From NCBI RefSeq assembly GCF_009914755.1, contig NC_060941.1: 64,000 nucleotides of DNA. One strand, 5' to 3'. The notes beneath the pieces are model-generated. The model did no database searches. It was given only the letters and a program-made list of their open reading frames with translations, and was not told where the DNA came from. The stretch's first letter is position 1; every line of letters begins with the position of its first letter. Both the position numbers and the translations under genes were made by a program. Source of the stretch: the human T2T-CHM13v2.0 reference genome, Homo sapiens. Positions 43,903-57,560 of this stretch are shown piece after piece.

Positions 43903-44806
43903 TTATCAACATCCCCAACGTCTTTCTTTCTTTCTTCGAGACAAGGTGTCGCTCAGTCACTCAGGCTAGACACCATCACAGCTCACTACAGCCCCCAACT
44001 CCTGGACTCAAGCGATCCTCCCACCTCGGCCTCCCAAGTAGCTGGGACTACAGGTGTGCACTACCACACCTGTCTAATGTTTTTATTTTTTTTTTTGTAG
44101 AAATGGGGTCTTGCTATGTTGCCCAGGCTCATCTCAAATTCCTAGCCTTAAGAGATCCACCTTGGCCTCCCAAAGCACTGGGATTACAGGCATGAGCCAC
44201 TGTGCCCGGCCTCCTGACCTCTTTCCTGGATACTCACACGTGTCCAAATGCCTCTCACCCACAGCCTCCCTGGCAGTGGGGTGGCTGGCACTCCATAGGT
44301 GAAACAGCCATGTGCCCAGGGAACTGCGCCAGACCGTGTAACCTCTTGTTCAGACAACTTTGCCTACGCTCCTGTCACTTAGGAGAAAGCCCAAACTTCC
44401 AGGCCCTTTATACCCTCTGCCCCCCACCCTGAGCCCTTCTGTTCTCTGGTTTATTCTCTAGGCTCCAGGTCCTGCTCAGATCCTCCCCATTCTTCAAGGG
44501 CCAGTTCAAATCCTGCCATGTCCCAAGATCTGCGGGGACCCCCAACTTCCCCCGAAACCATCCAGAGGGCAGGAAACAGGGTTCTCTTTGTTTCTGCCTC
44601 TTCCACAGTCCGGTCCAGAACCCAGCACAGAGCAACCAACAGTAAATATCTGCAAGGGAGATTTGGGACCACTTTGCTGGAAAACAGGAGAAGGCCAAAG
44701 TTGTGGAGTTTGTCAGGCTCCAAGGAAGAGGCAAATATGTCACTCCCTAGACACAAAGACCCTGGCACCCTCAGGTTAGAAACTGGGCCACTGCGGCAAG
44801 CTATTA

Positions 44807-45196
<390 letters not shown>

Positions 45197-45272
45197 TCAG
45201 GGCCATCTGCTCCACGCAGGTGCAGACACTGAGCCCAGGCTGTGAGCAGCAGAGCCAGGACTGGAATCTTAG

Positions 45273-45708
<436 letters not shown>

Positions 45709-47186
45709 TAGCTCTGCCCCTTCCCTGTGAGTGCCGTCTGCAGGCCCAAAGCCAATCAAAACCTTTCTCCAGTTCCATCCCCCACCCAGGCTAGGCAAAG
45801 ATGTCCCTGCTGCTGGGACTGAGAGTAAGATTGTAGGGACTCTGCTATCCTACAGAGGTACCATCTCAGCCCTCGGGATCTGGGCTGATGGGGTTTCAGA
45901 GAGATGGATGGCACCCCAGGCCTTGGGACAAGCAGGATGACACAGCTGGGGTGTAAGGTCAGCCACATATAGTAGGACGAATCCCAAATCAGAAATGACC
46001 TAATAGGCTGGAGGTCTGCCCTGCTTTCTGGGCCCAGCACCACCACGAAGTGACAGGTGGCTCAAGCTGACATGACTGGTAAGGTCCCAGCCAAGAGAGA
46101 CAATGACCCCACTGACCCCATCCCGCGACCATCGACCTGTGGGCTCCCTCCTTGGCAAGTACCTTCATCTGGACCAACGGACCCCAGGATGCTGGAGAGG
46201 AGGGAGGAGAGAAGGTGAGAGAAGAAAGAGGAAGGGAGAAGAGGAGAGGGAGGCTGCGGGCAGAGAAGGCGGGTGCCGTATAACAATAACCATAAAACCA
46301 GTGGCACTTTCTTGATTGCCTACTATGTGCCAGGCACACACAAGGAATCTGACACACCCTTCAGGGCACAGAAGCTCAGGGGGGTGGACATTTGACCATG
46401 GAAAGTGGTCTCATGTTCTTATCTCAAACCCTAGCCTCTCCCTTGAACTCCAGCTCTTTACCCACATAGATTTCCAATAGACATCTTGGTAGATAACTAG
46501 GCAGCTAGGCATCGATATATGTCTCTGTATATCTGAACACAGTGCAATAACATGTCTAATTCAGAACTTGATTTCTCTGCCTGCAATGCCTACCACCAAC
46601 AAAATCAAAACAAAGCAAAACAAAACGCCCCTGCTGCTCCCCATTCTTTTCCATTCTGTGAAAGGCCAAAAACTTCAGGATCATCCTCAATTCCTCCTCT
46701 GAGACCCCACATCCTGCTCATCAGCAAGGTCTGTGAGCTCAGCTTCTCACATCTATTCCAGATCCAACTGCTTCTCATCATCTGCATCGTTGCACCTGCC
46801 CCCATCAACTGAGAACCAGGCCTGGGCCACCCTGACCACCGAGCCCTCTCATGGCAGCCTCAACTCTCTCTTCTTGGGGCCAGAATCACAAGGCAGGTCT
46901 TCAGCGCCCTCGTGCCTCTGTTCATCCACCTGTCCAGCCCCTGGCGCTAACCGTTCTGCCCCAGGGAAGCCCTTCACTGTGATTAGCTGGGTCCTGATGA
47001 GGCTTTACCCAAGAACCAGGTAAGATAAACTCGTTTCTTTGTGGAGGCTAGGGGATAGCAGACAACAGGACTTCAGGGGAAAGAAGGGACTACAACAGAA
47101 AGGAGGTGGAGCCAAGCTGGTACAGGACTGTGCCTGCCACTGACCGTACCGGGGTAAAATGTCCCCTTCCCATCCCATGCCTCTAG

Positions 47187-47751
<565 letters not shown>

Positions 47752-48701
47752 TAGAGATGGGCATCTCCCCTGGTCCCCAACCCACGCCAGGACCCTAGGT
47801 GTCTAGGGGCTCTCCTCTCCCCAGACCGGCAAGTCACTCCATGCTGACCACCCCACCTCCTTCCTATCCCCATCCTGCTGCCACTGCCTTAATCCAGGCC
47901 TCACCATCTGTCACTTGGGCTGCAGAAACAGCCTCCTCCCTGGCCAGCTGGCTGCCTCTCACCCTCCGATGACACACTCCAATCCAGCCACCACACAGCT
48001 GCCAGACAGAGCTTTCTCAGGCACAAATCCCATCACGCCCCTCCCCATGCTTAAAGCTCTCAGGGCCTCACAGAGCTGGCAGGATGCAGTCAGCAAAGAC
48101 CTCAGGGGAGGGATTCCCAGCCCTCATGCTGTGGCCCGGACAGTGTTTCCAGCATCATCTTTCACTAACCACGGCCCTCCTCTGCCCACTGGAGGCTTCA
48201 GCCAGACTCCACTTCTCCCCAGACTCAGAGTACACGCCTATGCCAGGCACATCGTCTTCCACGCCCATCCCTCAAAACCTGAGCAGGGAAGTCTACTCAT
48301 CCCTCAGGACCCGAATCATAAGTAGCCTCTTCAGGGAGACTTCCCCAGCCCCCCGGCACTCCTACAGCCTCTAGGCTCCCCAGCCTTGGCAGGCACCACG
48401 CTGTATTATCTGCCTGCCTAGATTCCTGTCCCTCCCACTAGGCCGTGAACTCGGGTCTGGGTCTTTCACCCCTATGCCCCCAGGCAAGTGAATGTAGCTA
48501 ATGAATGAAATGAGACAGAGGCCAAGCTCACATCACCCTCCTGAGCTCTTATCAGACTAGGGCCCCTCACAGGTAAATCCACCCTGCCACCATGCCCCGG
48601 CCCCATGCCAGGACAGACTCTCCCCAGCAGCTGGACATAAATCCCTTCCTTCCCACATCTCTTGAAGCCCCGTGGCAACGCTAAGCTAGGCTAAGAACTC
48701 A

Positions 48702-49097
<396 letters not shown>

Positions 49098-50252
49098 TCA
49101 GGGCACCCGGCCATTCAGGTGGTCGGGACGTCCCGGGAAACCTGTGCCCACATGAGTCCCTACAACTCAAGATATTAGCTTTTTCTGCTACATAATAAAA
49201 AATTTAAAGCACACATACTCATACATATCCCATTTCAATCATAATTTCAAATCAGCTTTCTCTTAATTTCTGATTGGCTTGATATTCCTTCTTCTAAGTA
49301 CTTAATTGTCCATAATCAATTGCAAAGATGCCATTTAGAGCACTGTTTCAAACCGTGGATCCAGACCCAAGAGAGGATCATGAAATCAATTTAGTGGGTG
49401 GCAACTGCTTTTTTTTTTTTTTTCCTAAATAAGTAGAATATATCAGAATATATTGCATGTAGTAAAGATATATGCTGCTTTGTAAAATTTTGGTTTCAGT
49501 TACAGATATGGATAGCAATAGAAATATATATTTCTTGTTTTGGATAGAGGTCAAAACATTTGAAAGCCTCCAAGTCTTAAAGGGACACCACTCCCTGCCC
49601 CTCTCCCCAGATTGGTCTGTAGGGAGCCGCCCAGGCAAAGGGACAAGCCGCAGGCTGCATTCAAGCCTTGGCAGTGAGGGTCCCGGACCACCCAGCCCCG
49701 TGCTCATTACTCCATGTCATCTGCTCTGTAAATACCCTGAAAAGCCGCATAGGGCAGACATGTGGAAGCCTGGGCTCCATCAGTGACTTGCTGTGTGACC
49801 TTGAGCAAGCCACGTACCTTCTCTGGTCCTTAGCTTTCCCTCTCACAAATGGGAGCAACTGGAATCCCACCCACTCCATTCACAGACTTGTTGGAAAGCT
49901 GAAAAACCCTTTGTGATTTGAATACCGGTAAGAGTTGAGTCCCACCTCTATATACTTTTACCTAAAAAACACTCCTTTCTTCCCCCTCTCCTCCATCCCT
50001 ATCTTCCTAGTTCTTCAAGGCCTGGGTCAAAATCCGTCCCCTTTTCCAGAGGTCTCCCTGACTATTTCAGCCTCACTGACCCCCATCAGCCTTCAAAGAA
50101 TGGTCCTCTTGGTCTCTTATTTACCCCTAAGGGCAGGGCCTCCGTCTCTGACTTCTCCTAGAGTAGCTGACCCCTGGGCTGGGGACACAGGGAGGGAAAG
50201 GAAGGAAGGCCTGGATGAGAATTGACCTGCCTGATCAGGACGGGGAACTCAC

Positions 50253-50274
50253 CCCTTTCTCAGGAGGTCAAACA
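50253..50274 (-). CDS. CAMKK1: CAMKK1 exon 8, 22-nt microexon (V-FDLLRK-G; gatekeeper and hinge)
   Basis: tctttcag| acceptor and GG|gtgagt donor; required to keep the frame between exons 7 and 9. Confidence 0.93.
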
Positions 50275-50882
50275 CTGAAAGAAAAGACAAGAAGGTAAGG
50301 TGTAGCTGGCTGGCAAAGCAGCCGATGCCAAGGTCCCTCCCTGTTCTGGAGGGTAGGAGAGGGGGCAGGCATGCAGGCATACTCGAGGCAGGGACAGGAC
50401 AGGGGACCCTGGGATATGAGAGCAAATAAATGCATGAGAGTGGGGTCTGCTATGGACCTGTCTCATCTGATCCTCAGGTGCCAGGTGAGAACCATCAGCA
50501 TCAGCATGGGGCCCTTTTACAGAGGGGGAAACTGAGGCACAGAGAAGGGGCAGAAATTTTCCTAAAGGTCATAGCAGACAGGCAGGTAGGGTAGGGAGTG
50601 GAGACTAAAGCCTCAGCCTCTAATTCCTAAGCCAGTTCTTCTTCTGCCCCATTTTCTGAGGCCTCCTCTAAGCCCAGCCCTGAACCAGACACAAGGAACT
50701 AAAATAATAACATTACTATTAACAAGGATAATAACGAATGTGCTTTACATATAATTACTCATTTACTCTTCACAGGAACCCTATGAGGTAGACACCACTA
50801 GTATCCCTGTTTTATAGGTGGGAAAACTGAGGCACAGAGCTACAGTGTCTGGGAACCCATGCAGCCTGCTTCCTGCATCTAC

Positions 50883-50996
50883 CTGAGCGCGCAGCCCACG
50901 TGGATCCACTGTCTTGCTGCTCAGAGGGAAGCAGGGAGTGGGGCTTGGCGATATTTGTTGAATCTAACTGGATATTCTGGGCCTGGTTCTGCAGGG
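50883..50996 (-). CDS. CAMKK1: CAMKK1 alternative cassette exon (+38 aa: ALQNQAQNIQLDSTNIAKPHSLLPSEQQDSGSTWAARS)
   Basis: 114 nt, phase 1/1, stop-free, acceptor cccttgcccag| and donor CAG|GTAGAT. The peptide matches a CAMKK1 isoform insert I recall. Confidence 0.75.
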
Positions 50997-51153
50997 CTGG
51001 GCAAGGGAATCCAGGGCTTCAGAACGTGTGTTTTTCTTCTGTCCCCAGGAGGTCAGTGCATTTACACCGCCCACCTGAAGGTCATACATGTCCCAAGGGA
51101 GCCCTTGGGCCAGCCCTGAGTGAGCTGCTGTGGGAATGAGCCAGGTCACTCAC

Positions 51154-51190
51154 CCAAATAGAGGTTGTCCTCAGCTGGGTCATCCAGGAC
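51154..51190 (-). CDS. CAMKK1: CAMKK1 exon 7 (VLDDPAEDNLYL)
   Basis: 37 nt, ccag| acceptor and G|gtgag donor. Confidence 0.95.
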
Positions 51191-51631
51191 CTGGTCAGAG
51201 GGAGCAGACATGGGGGTGGGGCTTGAGGAGGCGTGGGGTTGGAGGTCCCAGGCCTCCTGGTCCTTGCCAGCCCCAGAACCCTTAGTATGCATGCAACCAC
51301 CCCAGACAAGGAAGCAGGAAGTGTACAGGTGGTGCCAGACTGATGGGGCCTCAGAAGTCACCGACCCCCAACCTGGCCCGCCACACGACATCCAGCCTTC
51401 CTCCCCTCCAGCTGCAATGAGGGGCTCACTTCTTGCCTCTGGGGCAGCCCCTCACCCTCCATGGGAACTTGGGAACATCCCTGACCAGGCTGGGCCCCCA
51501 AAGCCTTCCTGCAGCCCCACCCCAAGTCTGGCCCTGTCCTCAGAGGCCTCAGCCACATCTGCCACCTGGGCAAGATCCCTGGGTCTGTGCTAGGGGCTCC
51601 CCAGCACCAGAAGCGGCTCCCATGAGACTCA

Positions 51632-51820
<189 letters not shown>

Positions 51821-52054
51821 TCAAACACCTGTTCCAGGTGGCTGGGCCTCACCGTGGCCCCCAAACCAGTCTCAAGCAAGAGTCTTGCATGCCCGTGGTC
51901 TTGTCCCAACCCACAGGGCACATTCTGTCCCCAGGCCTCTGCTCACGCTGTCTCCCTCTCTACCCCATTCCTAGCCAAAACTAGCTCAGGATCGAGGTCT
52001 CCTCCTCTGCCTCCAGGCTAGGAGCTCCCAGGGACAGGATCAGAAGATACATAC

Positions 52055-52106
52055 GTGGAAAGCCATACTGCTTCAGTAACTTCTTTTTGGAAAGGACTTT
52101 CATTGC
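52055..52106 (-). CDS. CAMKK1: CAMKK1 exon 5 (AMKVLSKKKLLKQYGFP; catalytic Lys)
   Basis: 52 nt, ttag| acceptor and |gtatgt donor. Confidence 0.96.
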
Positions 52107-52509
52107 CTAAGGAAGGAGGGACAGAAATGTCACTACTGTGCAGCCACCAGGGGCTAGAACAGGCTGGTACATGTGGACTGAGGTCCGGAGAGGCACACTG
52201 GACATCTGCTACTGGCCCTGAGGGTGTGGCCCAGGTAAGTGTTAAGCGGGGTTGGGGGTGGCCATATCTGAGCCTAGCCCTTCCCCTTATTCCCCCAGCA
52301 AGCCTTTCTGGAGCTTTCCCCTCAGAGGAATCCAGTCTCTGCTTGCATATCCCCAGGGTTAGGAAGCTCATTCCTTTGCATACCCCTAGGGACAGGGAGC
52401 TCACTCTCAGGCAGCCCTGTCCTCTATCTCCTAAGCACAACTCCTGCCCCACCCCTCAGGCTTCCAGGGCCTGGCTTGGGCAACACCTCCCTCGTATCCC
52501 CAGACTCAC

Positions 52510-52563
52510 ATAGTGTCTGTCTTCACTTTCGTTGTAGGCCAGCCTCACCACACCGTAGGCACC
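52510..52563 (-). CDS. CAMKK1: CAMKK1 exon 4 (GAYGVVRLAYNESEDRHY; Gly-rich loop)
   Basis: 54 nt, ctgcag| acceptor and |gtgagt donor. Confidence 0.96.
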
Positions 52564-53005
52564 CTGCAGATAGGCATCAGTCAGCCCCACCTGGACAGGG
52601 CAACCCCTCCCAGGACCAGCTCAGGAGGTGGGGAGCCGAGCAGCTCTGGTCTCTCCTGCACCCCATCTGCACTACCCACCACCAGCTGGCTCACGGGCAA
52701 ATATTGTAGCAGATGGGGAGGGGACTCCTGCGCCCTGGTAACTGCCCCTGCTTGGCTCCACATGGCTCCATGCCTCCCTCAGTCCCTCCTTGTCCACTGT
52801 CAAGAACTCAGAGAGTCGGGAATCAGGAGCCATCTTCCACCCTCCCCCTGGGTACCTGGGTACTTCCCACAGGGCACGAAACTGTCCTCACCTCCAGGCT
52901 AGGACTTGCCTGGCTCTGCCTCCCGTTCCCTCCCACACGAGAGAAGGAGCAGCGCCAAACAGAGAATCCCGAAGCCCCCACTGCTCTCGGCCTGCCCACT
53001 CCTAC

Positions 53006-53053
53006 CTTGCCAATCTCACTCTGCAGCTTGTACTGGTTCAGCTGCACGCAGTC
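53006..53053 (-). CDS. CAMKK1: CAMKK1 exon 3 (DCVQLNQYKLQSEIGK)
   Basis: 48 nt, AG/GT flanks, in frame. Confidence 0.96.
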
Positions 53054-53953
53054 CTGTGGGGGAAGAGCGAGCACCAGGTGGAGCTGGGTCCGGAGGCAGC
53101 ACTGCTCCTACCTCAGAGCCCGTTCAGGGTCCAATTCTGGCCATAAGCTCCTCATTCCCGGACCCCCAGGTCTCACCAAGCTTTTGAGTTTGGATGGGGA
53201 AGTTGGTGGTGCCATCGCCCCCGTATGTGACGAGAAGACGTGGCTCATGTTTGAAAACATGGATGGTGACGCCATGGCTGTGCCTTGTTCCCCAGAAGCA
53301 GTGGTGAAGGGAAAACGCTAATTCCTGTCTGGATTCTGGAGTCTGGAAGACCCTAATCCATGAGAAACCCATGAGCAACTATTTCCAGAAGCAGCTGAAT
53401 GAGAAGGTCTAGACTCCAAGGACAAGATGAGGAGCCCTGGGCACAGAGGCTGAGAGCCTGGGTTCAGGCACAGAAAGCTCAGCCCCTGACATCTGTAGAC
53501 TGCTTGGAACCTGAGTTCACTTTCAGACCTAAATGGCAAGAACTCCAGCAGAAGCCCAGAGGCTGGAGGCAGGCCGGCCGCTTCTGAGTCACAGCAGACT
53601 CTAAGAGGCAGAATTAGAGGCGAGGGGTGCAAGCTGGAGAAGAGTTAGGGGGGAAGGGGGACATAGCATCTATCTTCACATCTCTAAGAAGACTACATAG
53701 GGGACCAGGGAGAGACCTATTTCCTAGGCCTGGGCTGGGAGTGGGAATAGCAGGACTTAGGGAAGGCAGCCTTTGGCTCAGCTGGAGCTCCCCTGGTTGG
53801 GAAGAAGCTATATTGTTAGGTAGTGATCTCCCCAGCTCTGAGGGTATGCAAACCAAAGCTAGATAGCCGTGTGGCACAGACAGGGGCAGGAAAGAGTCTT
53901 CATTGCAGACTACTGAGGGGCTCATGAACAACCCCTCGTTCTGCCCCACCAAC

Positions 53954-54313
53954 CTCTGCATCTGAGATGGCCACGTGGTGGGACTCGATGGTGGGCCTCC
54001 GCCAGGCCCGGGGGGAGATGTGGCTGGCAGGCCCCGTGGCATAAGGCCCAGCCTGCGCCTCCAGATAGCTTCCTGCTGGCCGCTCCTGTAGGGAAAGCTT
54101 CCTGGCTGAGAGGCTAGGCCGGGCTGGGAGCAGTCTTGAAGTACTGCCAGGGATCACAGAGGCAGCTCTGGCCCGTGGTGGGGGGTCCACACCGTTTCTA
54201 GTAGGCTCTGGGCCACCATCTGCCTCCTCCAAGTGAGTCACATCGATGGCTGCCACCCGTTCTACCAGCTCTGCCCGAGGATCCTGGCAGCAGACAGCTG
54301 GACCCCCCTCCAT
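53954..54313 (-). CDS. CAMKK1: CAMKK1 exon 2 coding part, aa 1-120 (exon begins at 54356)
   Basis: MEGGPAVCCQDPRAEL...RKLSLQE...RRPTIESHHVAISDAE; strong Kozak GCAATGG; donor GAG|GTTGGT. Confidence 0.97.
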
Positions 54314-54962
54314 TGCTTCAGTCAAGGGGGTTCTTCTGCGTAGCCTTGTTGGGAACCTGAGAAAAGAAGGCAGAGAAGGCTTCACTCCTGGGTGTCAGGC
54401 TGGCTACCAGGTAAGGTAGCCACAGCGCTGTGGGTCCCACCTCCATGCCTTTGCCCTGGCTGTTCCCTCTACCGGGATTGCCAACACCCAAACTCAAGTC
54501 TGTCCCTATGACCTGAATGAATTCACATCGGTTCTGCCGCATGCCAGCCCTCTAGGCCTCAGTATCCCTGCCGGTAACAGAGGCAGTCACTTCTGCCTGC
54601 TGGCTTCACAGGGAAGCAGAGAGAATCTGATATTCTGGAATCAGGACAGACAGGGCAGAAGCCTGGAGGCCCAGCAGCACTGGAAGGGGCAGAGCCCAGG
54701 GTCAGCTCAGCCCCAGCACAGCATGCAGCCCTGTGAGTCATGAGTCCCAACCCTTGACAGCAGAGCACTCCGACACTGCCTCCTGGAAGCTGAGCTAGAC
54801 ACTAGTAACTCAGAAGCCTTGCTGATGCTTCAGACCCACCCGCCTCCTCCAGGGAGCCCTCCTTGATGTTTCAGCCTCCTACCCCCATCCCTCTCACTGC
54901 TTCCAGGAAGACTTCCCTGGGGCTCCCGACTCCAGCCAGCCCTGCCTCATTGACGTCTGTCA

Positions 54963-55325
<363 letters not shown>

Positions 55326-56079
55326 TCATGTTCTCAAACTCACTGTGTGGCGGCTGAAACATCAGGGAGGTGACCCCCAGCCCTCACCTTCAGCCATGAC
55401 CCTGGGCTACATCCTGACCCCGGACTGAACCCTGACACTCAGCCTGAGACCCCCATCTCTGTCCCAGGCTTGTAGAGCGCTGGCCATGCCCAACCTGATG
55501 CCCTTCCCCCTGCTTGCGCTGGACTCTGCATGTTCTCAGGAGAAGGAAGTGAGTGAACTCCTGACCCTCCATCCTTCCTGTCTGCTGGTAACTTCCTCCG
55601 AACCCACACAGCAACTGAGAACATGGGTCTCAGGGAGACCCAGAGTACGCATGGTGAAGCGCCTGCTCTACCGCTCGTTCCCCATCCCCTTGCTTTGACA
55701 GATGTCAGCGAGGCAGGGCTGGCTGGAGTCCACCGGCCACTGAGGAGCCAGGACTGGGTTCCAGTCCTGCCTGCTGACCCACCAGGGGCCCTAGACCAGC
55801 TCCTTCCCGACTCTGAGCCCCAGTCTCCCGACTTGTCCTGTGGATTCCCTGCCTTCCCATATTTTCCAGGCTCACAGCAGGGTTTGGAGGTAGACTGAGG
55901 GTAAGGGTGAGGTCCAGACCCCCTGTGCCCGGTACGCAGTGTGTTGAATGAGTAGAAGCCTGGAGGCGGTGGGGCTGGTGCTGACATGGAGAAAGGAAGA
56001 GAGGAGGCTCCACACTAGGAACAGGAAAAGTCATGGAAGCTGGACCCAGAGGAGTGAGAGGGAGTTAATGAGGCTGGAA

Positions 56080-56390
56080 CATCAAGGAGGCCTCCCTGGA
56101 GGAGGTGAAGGAGGTGAGGAGGCTGAGTGAGGCTAGAGTATCAGGGAGGCCTCCCTGGAAGAGAGGGCAGGAGACAGTGAGTGCGGCTGTGGCACAAGGA
56201 GGCCTCCCTGGAGGAGGTGAGAGGGGACAGGGAGTGGGGCTGTGGCACAGGGAGGCCTCCCTGGAGGAGGTGAGAGAGGACAGAGAGTGGGGCTGTGGCA
56301 TAAGGAGGCCTCCCCAGAGGAGGTGAGAGGCTGTGGCATAGGGAGGCCTCCCTGGAGGAGGTGAGAGGGACAGTGAGTGGGGCTGGAGCT
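56080..56390. repeat. Degenerate ~52-bp minisatellite (6 copies) with core GGAGGCCTCCCTGGAGGAGGTGAG in CAMKK1 intron 1
   Basis: GGAGGCCTCC recurs six times at roughly 40-60 bp spacing. Confidence 0.85.
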
Positions 56391-57279
56391 TCGGGGAGAG
56401 CTTGGAAACCAGACAGCATAGGAAGGAGGAAGCCAAAGCTGGGAACACCCTCCAGGACCCGCCAGGCTCCTCCCAGCAGGTGGCCCACCCCTCCGCCCCT
56501 TCCCCTCACTCCGCATGCCTTGTTTTTCCCTCCCGAATGTAAGTTTCATGAGATTAGGACGCTCATCTGCCTTGTCTCCAAAAGATCATCAGTGCCTGGC
56601 ATGTGATAGGAACTCGATAAATATTTGTTGAATAAATGAGTGGTTGCCATAGTGATCGTTACAGCCCTGTCCCCATTAGACAGATGAGAAAGCAGCCTCA
56701 GAGAGGCAACCCCAGCAAGCCTCAGGCCCCAGCACATATAACAGAATGAACTCCAGAGTCAGGAGCTCCTGCTTTTTGGCCCTAGGCAGGGACTACGGGA
56801 CTCAGAGCCGCCACAGGCAGAAGCCACAGGCTGCCCGGGCCCATAAAATTTGCGTATTTCCTTGAGGTTGCCATTCCAGCAAGAGGCCATCCTCCTTTAC
56901 CCTTGAACACCTTTCCCTGCTTTTCTTAGATAGGTAGAGGGAGGCCCAGCGGGTGGGGATGGGCCCGGGGTCACCCAGCAAGTCGGGGCAGAAGGTTTCC
57001 TGTTCCAGCCTGAGCCCTGTTACCCGGTTTGGCGCCCAGGCTCTGAAGCCAGGCAGCCAGGCTGCACCCTTTCCTGGCTGGGAGCCCGTGAGCAGGTGGC
57101 TTCGCCTCTGTGCCTTGGGTTTTCCTCGCCCGCAAGATGGGGTTCTAGCGGGCCTCACCTCACCGCACGTGGTGAGATGCTGAGGAGGGAACGCCCGTAA
57201 GGCGCTCAGAACAGTGCCTGCCACTAAGGAGGCCGTAAAAGTGAGTTGTTGTTGTGCGGCTGCTGTTGTGATTGCTCGG

Positions 57280-57560
57280 GACACGCTGAGGCCCAGATGG
57301 ATGCGCGGGCGGGCGGAAGGCGGCCGCGAGGGCTGACGTCAGGCTCCCCATCCCTCCCTCCCGCCTGGATCAAATTCAGGTGACTAAGCGCGTCTGCGAG
57401 GGAGGCGGCCGGCCGGGGAGGCCCGAGGTTCCTGCCGCGTGTCCGGGAGACAGGGCCTGGCGCCCCGGCCGCGTGTGTGAGGGCGTGTGTCCCCACAGGA
57501 GGGAATATGTGTGCGCAGGCTGTGGACCAGGGTGGTGGCGTGTGTGTGTGTGTGTGTGTG
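57280..57560. promoter_or_regulatory. Intronic CpG-rich element with a full CRE (TGACGTCA 57334-57341) and an ARE/AP-1-like site (GTGACTAAGC 57380-57389)
   Basis: Local CpG cluster and exact motif matches. Function inferred. Confidence 0.6.
57541..57560. repeat. (TG)10 microsatellite
   Basis: Direct inspection. Confidence 0.9.

Noticed and set aside
49330-49570. AT-rich island in a GC-rich intron
   Set aside because: Looks like an old MER-type DNA transposon relic; I could not assign a family or any function.
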